From: Utricularia gibba
Lineage: Eukaryota > Plantae > Magnoliophyta
DNA: 17,991 bases
Direction of reading: 5' to 3'
Assembly: GCA_002189035.1 (NCBI GenBank)
Contig: NEEC01000367.1
Span: forward strand, 1 to 17,991
The notes beneath the pieces were generated by a model, which was not told where the DNA came from, searched no databases, and saw only the letters and a list, made by a program, of their open reading frames with translations. This document shows positions 1-8,430 of the stretch, piece after piece (positions within the stretch are counted from its first letter, which is position 1; each line of letters starts with the position of its first letter). Position numbers and translations under genes: made by a program.

Positions 1-310
1 ACGTTAATAAATGCATCAATTTTTTTGCCGGGCTACAAATGACTCTGGGCCCGAGCTCGACTCGACCTCCTGCTCGATACCGTTGCCCACGAGAGTGCCT
101 TATCAAATATAAAGCATGCGGTTAGAAAACCATTTTGGGTGCTCATGATATCCTAACTTCAATAACTGCATCACGATTTTCGTCGAGTAGGACCCGATGT
201 GGCAAAGGAGTCAGACCGAACCTATGGTCAGAACGAAGTTCAAAAGACATCACCCGCCCAGAAACGACAAGCTTTTCCTTGAGAAACATGTAGGCAGCCT
301 ATTAAAACCA
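1..310. repeat. Representative unit, variant C (half A 1-155, half B 156-310)
   Basis: Diagnostics: CATCAAT(T)n, GCCGGGCTAC, GACTCTGGGCCC, CCTGCTCG, GAGAGTGCCTTATC. 15 of 58 units are C-type: nos. 1, 6, 8, 18, 22, 23, 28, 32, 33, 38, 42, 43, 49, 54, 57. Confidence 0.9.
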
Positions 311-620
311 ACGTTAATAAATGCATCACTTTTTTTGACAGGCTAAAAATGACTCTGGGAGCGAGCCCGACTCGACCTTTTGCCGATACCGTGCCCCACT
401 AGAGCGCCTCCTCAACTACAAAGCATGCGATTGACAAAAGCATTTTGGGTGCTCATGAAATCCTAACTTCAATAACTGCATCACGATTTTCGTCGAGTAG
501 GACCAGATTGGCAAAGGAGACAGACCGAACCTTGGTCAGAACGAAGTTCACAACGACATCACCCGCCCAAAACGACAAGCTTTTCCTTGAGAAAACCATT
601 GAGGCAGCCTATTAAACCAA
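311..620. repeat. Representative unit, variant X (most divergent class), with its own half-B allele B2
   Basis: Half A diagnostics: CATCAC(T)n, G(A)CAGGCTAAAA, GGGAGCGAGCCCG, CCTTTTGCC, CACTAGAGCGCCTCCTCAACTACAAAG, GCGATTGACAAAAG (about 20 differences from C by hand count). Half B2 diagnostics: GGACCAGATTGG, GGAGACAG, GTTCACAACGAC, CCATTGAGG. 20 of 58 units, two of them mosaic. Confidence 0.92.
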
Positions 621-933
621 CCGTTAATAAATGCATCAAGTTTTTTGCCGAGCTACAAATGACTATGGGCCCGAGCTCGACTCGACCTCCTACTCGATAC
701 CGTTGCCCACGAGAGCACCTTATCAAATATAAAGCATGCGGTTGAGAAAACCATTTTGGGTGCTCATGAAATCCTAACTTCAATAACTGCATCACGATTT
801 TCGTCGAGTAGGACCCGATGTGGCAAAGGAGTCAGACCGAACCTATGGTCAGAACGAAGTTCCAAAAGACATCACCCGCCCAGAAACGACAAGCTTTTCC
901 TTGAGAAACCATGTAGGCAGCCTATTAAAACCA
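621..933. repeat. Representative unit, variant Y
   Basis: Diagnostics: CATCAAG(T)n, GCCGAGCTAC, GACTATGGG, CCTACTCG, GAGAGCACCTTATC (about 6 differences from C in half A). 19 of 58 units, nearly always directly after X. Confidence 0.9.
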
Positions 934-1866
934 ACGTTAATAAATGCATCACTTTTTTTTGCAGGCTAAAAAATGACTCTGGGAGCGAGCCCGACTCGAC
1001 CTTTTGCCCGATACCGTGCCCCACTAGAGCGCCTCCTCAACTACAAAGCATGCGATTGACAAAAGCATTTTGGGTGCTCATGAAATCCTAACTTCAATAA
1101 CTGCATCACGATTTTCGTCGAGTAGGACCAGATTGGCAAAGGAGACAGACCGAACCTTGGGTCAGAACGAAGTTCACAACGACATCACCCGCCCAAAAAC
1201 GACAAGCTTTTCCTTGAGAAAACCATTGAGGCAGCCTATTAAAACCAACGTTAATAATGCATCAAGTTTTTTGCCGAGCTACAAATGACTATGGGCCCGA
1301 GCTCGACTCGACCTCCTACTCGATACCGTTGCCCACGAGAGCACCTTATCAAATATAAAGCATGCGGTTGAGAAAACCATTTTGGGTGCTCATGAAATCC
1401 TAACTTCAATAACTGCATCACGATTTTCGTCGAGTAGGACCCGATGTGGCAAAGGAGTCAGACCGAACCTTGGTCAGAACGAAGTTCCAAAAGACATCAC
1501 CCCGCCAGAAACGACAAGCTTTTCCTTGAGAAACATGTAGGCAGCCTATAAAGCCGAACGTTAATAAATGCATCAATTTTTTTTTGCCGGGCTACAAATG
1601 ACTCTGGGCCCGAGCTCGACTCGACCTCCTGCTCGATACCGTTGCCCCACGAGAGTGCCTTATCAATATAAAGCATGCGGTTAGAAAAACCATTTTGGGT
1701 GCTCATGAAATCCTAACTTCAATAACTGCATCACGATTTTCGTCGAGTAGGACCGATTTGGCAAAGGAGACAGACCGAACCTTGGGTCAGAACGAAGTTC
1801 ACAAATCACCCGCCCAAAAACGACAAGCTTTTCCTTGAGAAACATGTAGGCAGCTATTAAAACCCA

Positions 1867-2181
1867 ACGTTAATTAATGCATCAAGTTTTTTGCCGAGCT
1901 ACAAATGACTATGGGCCCGAGCTCGACTCGACCTCCTGCTCGATACCGTTGCCCCACAAGAGCGCCTCCTCAAATATAAAGCATGCGGTAGAGAAAACCA
2001 TTTTGGGTGCTCATGACATCCTAACTTCAATAACTGCATCACGATTTTCGTCGAGTAGGACCCGATGTGGCAAAGGAGTCAGACCGAACCTATGGTCAGA
2101 ACGAAGTTCCAAAAGACATCACCCGCCAGAAACGACAAGCTTTTCCTTGAGAAACCTATGTAGGCAGCCTAATAAAGCCGA
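1867..2181. repeat. Representative unit, rare variant Z (other copies at 6243-6552, 9356-9666, 12472-12779)
   Basis: Y/C-like 5' part and 3' end (AAATATAAAGCATGCGG) but carries the X-type patch AGAGCGCCTCCTC. Only 4 copies. Confidence 0.85.
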
Positions 2182-2496
2182 ACGTTAATAAATGCATCAA
2201 TTTTTTTTGCCGGGCTACAAATGACTCTGGGCCCGAGCTCGACTCGACCTCCTGCTCGATACCGTTGCCCCACGAGAGTGCCTTATCAAATATAAAGCAT
2301 GCGGTTGAGAAAACCATTTTGGGTGCTCATGAATCCTAACTTCAATAACTGCATCACGATTTTCGTCGAGTAGGACCCGATGTGGCAAAGGAGTCAGACC
2401 GAACCTATGGTCAGAACGAAGTTCCAAAAGACATCACCCGCCCAGAAACGACAAGCTTTTCCTTGAGAAACCATGTAGGCAGCCTATTAAAACCCA

Positions 2497-5306
2497 ACGT
2501 TAATAAATGCATCACTTTTTTTGCAGGCTAAAATGACTCTGGGAGCGAGCCCGACTCGACCTTTTGCCCGATACCGTGCCCCACTAGAGCGCCTCCTCAA
2601 CTACAAAGCATGCGATTGACAAAAGCATTTTGGGTGCTCATGAAATCCTAACTTCAATAACTGCATCACGATTTTCGTCGAGTAGGACCAGATTGGCAAA
2701 GGAGACAGACCGAACCTTGGGTCAGAACGAAGTTCACAACGACATCACCGCCCAAAAACGACAAGCTTTTCCTTGAGAAAACCATTGAGGCAGCCTATTA
2801 AAACCAACCGTTAATAAATGCATCAAGTTTTTTGCCGAGCTACAAATGACTATGGGCCCGAGCTCGACTCGACCTCCTACTCGATACCGTTGCCCACGAG
2901 AGCACCTTATCAAATATAAAGCATGCGGTTGAGAAAACCATTTTGGGTGCTCATGAAATCCTAACTTCAATAACTGCATCACGATTTTCGTCGAGTAGGA
3001 CCCGATGTGGCAAAGGAGTCAGACCGAACCTATGGTCAGAACGAAGTTCCAAAAGACATCACCCGCCCAGAAACGACAAGCTTTTCCTTGAGAAACCATG
3101 TAGGCAGCCTATTAAAACCCAACGTTAATAAATGCATCACTTTTTTTGCAGGCTAAAAATGACTCTGGGAGCGAGCCCGACTCGACCTTTTGCCCGATAC
3201 CGTGCCCCACTAGAGCGCCTCCTCAACTACAAAGCATGCGATTGACAAAAGCATTTTGGGTGCTCATGAAATCCTAACTTCAATAACTGCATCACGATTT
3301 TCGTCGAGTAGGACCAGATTGGCAAAGGAGACAGACCGAACCTTGGGTCAGAACGAAGTTCACAACGACATCACCCGCCCAAAACGACAAGCTTTTCCTT
3401 GAGAAAACCATTGAGGCAGCCTATTAAAACCAACCGTTAATAAATGCATCAAGTTTTTTGCCGAGCTACAAATGACTATGGGCCCGAGCTCGACTCGACC
3501 TCCTACTCGATACCGTTGCCCACGAGAGCACCTTATCAAATATAAAGCATGCGGTTGAGAAAACCATTTTGGGTGCTCATGAAATCCTAACTTCAATAAC
3601 TGCATCACGATTTTCGTCGAGTAGGACCCGATGTGGCAAAGGAGTCAGACCGAACCTATGGTCAGAACGAAGTTCCAAAAGACATCACCCGCCCAGAAAC
3701 GACAAGCTTTTCCTTGAGAAACCATGTAGGCAGCCTATTAAAACCCAACGTTAATAAATGCATCACTTTTTTTGCAGGCTAAAAATGACTCTGGGAGCGA
3801 GCCGACTCGACCTTTTGCCCGATACCGTGCCCCACTAGAGCGCCTCCTCAACTAAAAGCATGCGATTGACAAAAACATTTTGGGTGCTCATGAAATCCTA
3901 ACTTCAATAACTGCATCACGATTTTCGTCGAGTAGGACCAGATTGGCAAAGGAGACAGACCGAACCTTGGGTCAGAACGAAGTTCACAACGACATCACCC
4001 GCCAAAAACGACAAGCTTTTCCTTGAGAAAACCATTGAGGCAGCCTATTAAAACCAACGTTAATAAATGCATCAAGTTTTTTGCCGAGCTACAAATGACT
4101 ATGGGCCGAGCTCGACTCGACCTCCTACTCGATACCGTTGCCCCACGAGAGCACCTTATCAAATATAAAGCATGCGGTTGAGAAAACCATTTTGGGTGCT
4201 CATGAAATCCTAACTTCAATAACTGCATCACGATTTTCGTCGAGTAGGACCAGATTGGCAAAGGAGACAGACCGAACCTTGGTCAGAACGAAGTTCACAA
4301 CGACATCACCCGCCCAAAACGACAAGCTTTTCCTTGAGAAAACCATTGAGGCAGCCTATTAAAACCAACGTTAATAAATGCATCAAGTTTTTTGCCGAGC
4401 TACAAATGACTATGGGCCCGAGCTCGACTCGACCTCCTACTCGATACCGTTGCCCCACGAGAGCACCTTATCAAATATAAAGCATGCGGTTGAGAAAACC
4501 ATTTTGGGTGCTCATGAAATCCTAACTTCAATAACTGCATCACGATTTTCGTCGAGTAGGACCCGATGTGGCAAAGGAGTCAGACCGAACCTATGGTCAG
4601 AACGAAGTTCCAAAAGACATCACCCGCCCAGAAACGACAAGCTTTTCCTTGAGAAACCATGTAGGCAGCCTATTAAAACCCAACGTTAATAAATGCATCA
4701 CTTTTTTTGACAGGCTAAAAATGACTCTGGGAGCGAGCCGACTCGACCTTTTGCCCGATACCGTGCCCCACTAGAGCGCCTCCTCAACTACAAAGCATGC
4801 GATTGACAAAAGCATTTTGGGTGCTCATGAAATCCTAACTTCAATAACTGCATCACGATTTTCGTCGAGTAGGACCAGATTGGCAAAGGAGACAGACCGA
4901 ACCTTGGGTCAGAACGAAGTTCACAACGACATCACCCGCCAAAAACGACAAGCTTTTCCTTGAGAAAACCATTGAGGCAGCCTATTAAAACCAACGTTAA
5001 TAAATGCATCAAGTTTTTTGCCGAGCTACAAATGACTATGGGCCCGAGCTCGACTCGACCTCCTACTCGATACCGTTGCCCCACGAGAGCACCTTATCAA
5101 ATATAAAGCATGCGGTTGAGAAAACCATTTTGGGTGCTCATGAAATCCTAACTTCAATAACTGCATCACGATTTTCGTCGAGTAGGACCCGATGTGGCAA
5201 AGGAGTCAGACCGAACCTTGGTCAGAACGAAGTTCCAAAAGACATCACCCGCCCAGAAACGACAAGCTTTTCCTTGAGAAACTATGTAGGCAGCCTATAA
5301 AGCCGA
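2497..5306. repeat. Local run of the ~625-bp X-Y two-unit repeat (X Y X Y X Y Y X Y)
   Basis: X landmarks at 2499, 3124, 3750 (spacing 625, 626) and 4685; Y landmarks at 2810, 3436, 4059, 4370, 4996. Confidence 0.88.
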
Positions 5307-8300
5307 ACGTTAATAAATGCATCAATTTTTTTTGCCGGGCTACAAATGACTCTGGGCCCGAGCTCGACTCGACCTCCTGCTCGATACCGTTGCCCCACGA
5401 GAGTGCCTTATCAAATATAAAGCATGCGGTTGAAAACCATTTTGGGTGCTCATGAATCCTAACTTCAATAACTGCATCACGATTTTCGTCGAGTAGGACC
5501 CGATGTGGCAAAGGAGTCAGACCGAACCTATGGTCAGAACGAAGTTCCAAAAGACATCACCCCCAGAAACGACAAGCTTTTCCTTGAGAAACCATGTAGG
5601 CAGCCTATTAAAACCCAACGTTAATAAATGCATCACTTTTTTTCAGGCTAAAAATGACTCTGGGAGCGAGCCCGACTCGACCTTTTGCCCGATACCGTGC
5701 CCCACTAGAGCGCCTCCTCAACTACAAAGCATGCGATTGACAAAAGCATTTTGGGTGCTCATGAAATCCTAACTTCAATAACTGCATCACGATTTTCGTC
5801 GAGTAGGACCAGATTGGCAAAGGAGACAGACCGAACCTTGGGTCAGAACGAAGTTCACAACGACATCACCCGCCCAAAAACGACAAGCTTTTCCTTGAGA
5901 AAACCATTGAGGCAGCCTATTAAAACCAACCGTTAATAAATGCATCAAGTTTTTTGCCGAGCTACAAATGACTATGGGCCCGAGCTCGACTCGACCTCCT
6001 ACTCGATACCGTTGCCCACGAGAGCACCTTATCAAATATAAAGCATGCGGTTGAGAAAACCATTTTGGGTGCTCATGAAATCCTAACTTCAATAACTGCA
6101 TCACGATTTTCGTCGAGTAGGACCCGATGTGGCAAAGGAGTCAGACCGAACCTATGGTCAGAACGAAGTTCCAAAAGACATCACCCGCCCAGAAACGACA
6201 AGCTTTTCCTTGAGAAACAATGTAGGCAGCTATTAAAACCCAACGTTAATAAATGCATCAAGTTTTTTGCCGAGCTACAAATGACTCTGGGCCCGAGCTC
6301 GACTCGACCTCCTGCTCGATACCGTTGCCCCACGAGAGCGCCTCCTCAAATATAAAGCATGCGGTTGAGAAAACCATTTTGGGTGCTCATGAATCCTAAC
6401 TTCAATAACTGCATCACGATTTTCGTCGAGTAGGACCCGATGTGGCAAAGGAGTCAGACCGAACCTTGGGTCAGAACGAAGTTCCAACGACATCACCCGC
6501 CAGAAACGACAAGCTTTTCCTTGAGAAACTATGTAGGCAGCCTATAAAACCAACGTTAATAAATGCATCAATTTTTTTTGCCGGGCTACAAATGACTCTG
6601 GGCCGAGCTCGACTCGACCTCCTGCTCGATACCGTTGCCCCACGAGAGTGCCTTATCAAATATAAAGCATGCGGTTGAGAAAACCATTTTGGGTGCTCAT
6701 GAATCCTAACTTCAATAACTGCATCACGATTTTCGTCGAGTAGGACCCGATGTGGCAAAGGAGTCAGACCGAACCTTGGTCAGAACGAAGTTCCAAAGAC
6801 ATCACCGCCCAGAAACGACAAGCTTTCCTTGAGAACCATGTAGGCAGCCTATTAAACCAACGTTAATAAATGCATCAATTTTTTTTGCCGGCTACAAATG
6901 ACTCTGGGCCCGAGCTCGACTCGACCTCCTGCTCGATACCGTTGCCCCACGAGAGTGCCTTATCAAATATAAAGCATGCGGTTGAGAAAACCATTTTGGG
7001 TGCTCATGAATCCTAACTTCAATAACTGCATCACGATTTTCGTCGAGTAGGACCCGATGTGGCAAAGGAGTCAGACCGAACCTATGGTCAGAACGAAGTT
7101 CCAAAAGACATCACCCGCCCAGAAACGACAAGCTTTTCCTTGAGAAACCATGTAGGCAGCCTATTAAAACCCAACGTTAATAAATGCATCACTTTTTTTG
7201 ACAGGCTAAAAATGACTCTGGGAGCGAGCCCGACTCGACCTTTTGCCCGATACCGTGCCCCACTAGAGCGCCTCCTCAACTACAAAGCATGCGATTGACA
7301 AAAGCATTTTGGGTGCTCATGAAATCCTAACTTCAATAACTGCATCACGATTTTCGTCGAGTAGGACCAGATTGGCAAAGGAGACAGACCGAACCTTGGG
7401 TCAGAACGAAGTTCACAACGACATCACCCGCCCAAAAACGACAAGCTTTTCCTTGAGAAAACCATTGAGGCAGCCTATTAAAACCAACCGTTAATAAATG
7501 CATCAAGTTTTTTGCCGAGCTACAAATGACTATGGGCCCGAGCTCGACTCGACCTCCTACTCGATACCGTTGCCCCACGAGAGCACCTTATCAAATATAA
7601 AGCATGCGGTTGAGAAAACCATTTTGGGTGCTCATGAAATCCTAACTTCAATAACTGCATCACGATTTTCGTCGAGTAGGACCCGATGTGGCAAAGGAGT
7701 CAGACCGAACCTATGGTCAGAACGAAGTTCCAAAAGACATCACCCGCCCAGAAACGACAAGCTTTTCCTTGAGAAACCATGTAGGCAGCCTATTAAAACC
7801 CAACGTTAATAAATGCATCACTTTTTTTGACAGGCTAAAAATGACTCTGGGAGCGAGCCCGACTCGACCTTTGCCCGATACCGTGCCCCACTAGAGCGCC
7901 TCCTCAACTACAAAGCATGCGATTGACAAAAGCATTTTGGGTGCTCATGAAATCCTAACTTCAATAACTGCATCACGATTTTCGTCGAGTAGGACCAGAT
8001 TGGCAAAGGAGACAGACCGAACCTTGGGTCAGAACGAAGTTCACAACGACATCACCCGCCCAAAAACGACAAGCTTTTCCTTGAGAAAACCATTGAGGCA
8101 GCCTATTAAAACCAACCGTTAATAAATGCATCAAGTTTTTTGCCGAGCTACAAATGACTATGGGCCCGAGCTCGACTCGACCTCCTACTCGATACCGTTG
8201 CCCCACGAGAGCACCTTATCAAATATAAAGCATGCGGTTGAGAAAACCATTTTGGGTGCTCATGAAATCCTAACTTCAATAACTGCATCACGATTTTCGT

Positions 8301-8430
8301 CGAGTAGGACCCGATGTGGCAAAGGAGTCAGACCGAACCTATGGTCAGAACGAAGTTCCAAAAGACATCACCCGCCCAGAAACGACAAGCTTTCCTTGAG
8401 AAACCTATGTAGGCAGCCTAATAAAGCCGA
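5307..8430. repeat. Higher-order repeat copy 1: 10-mer C X Y Z C C X Y X Y (~3.12 kb)
   Basis: Units 18-27 typed by the diagnostic substitutions; landmark 5309 to 8433 = 3124 bp. Confidence 0.78.

Noticed and set aside
6-113. AATAAA (6-11) in nearly every unit and TATAAA (108-113) in C/Y/Z but not X
   Set aside because: Short AT-rich hexamers are expected by chance and nothing else supports a transcription unit. RNA data would be needed.
151-157. Telomere-like CCTAA
   Set aside because: A single isolated pentamer per unit, with no tandem telomeric tract.
177-200. Possible CENP-B box near TTCG...CCCG
   Set aside because: Neither TTCGTCGAGTAGGACC nor the CCCG sites I checked on the other strand fit TTCG-N4-A-N2-CGGG.
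196-260. tRNA/SINE-like look: relaxed A-box TGGCAAAGGAG (200-210), GACC/GGTC hairpin, GTTC at 238, GATGT/ACATC stem, CCA end
   Set aside because: There is no B-box match (GTTCRANNC), no T-arm pairing and only 4-5 bp stems. The region is also explained as the homologue of half A.
1-310. Seven 6-bp palindromes per unit (AACGTT, ATGCAT, GGGCCC, GAGCTC, GCATGC, TCATGA, AAGCTT), one extending to CGAGCTCG
   Set aside because: About five are expected by chance in 313 bp, so this is not convincing enrichment for dyad symmetry. They are useful only as restriction markers.
1-310. Assignment to a named family (CentO, CentC or another grass satellite) from monomer length and short motifs such as GTTTTTGCC and CATTTTGGGTGC
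   Set aside because: As far as I recall those consensus sequences, the short matches are not collinear. I cannot name the family without a BLAST or PlantSat/Repbase search.
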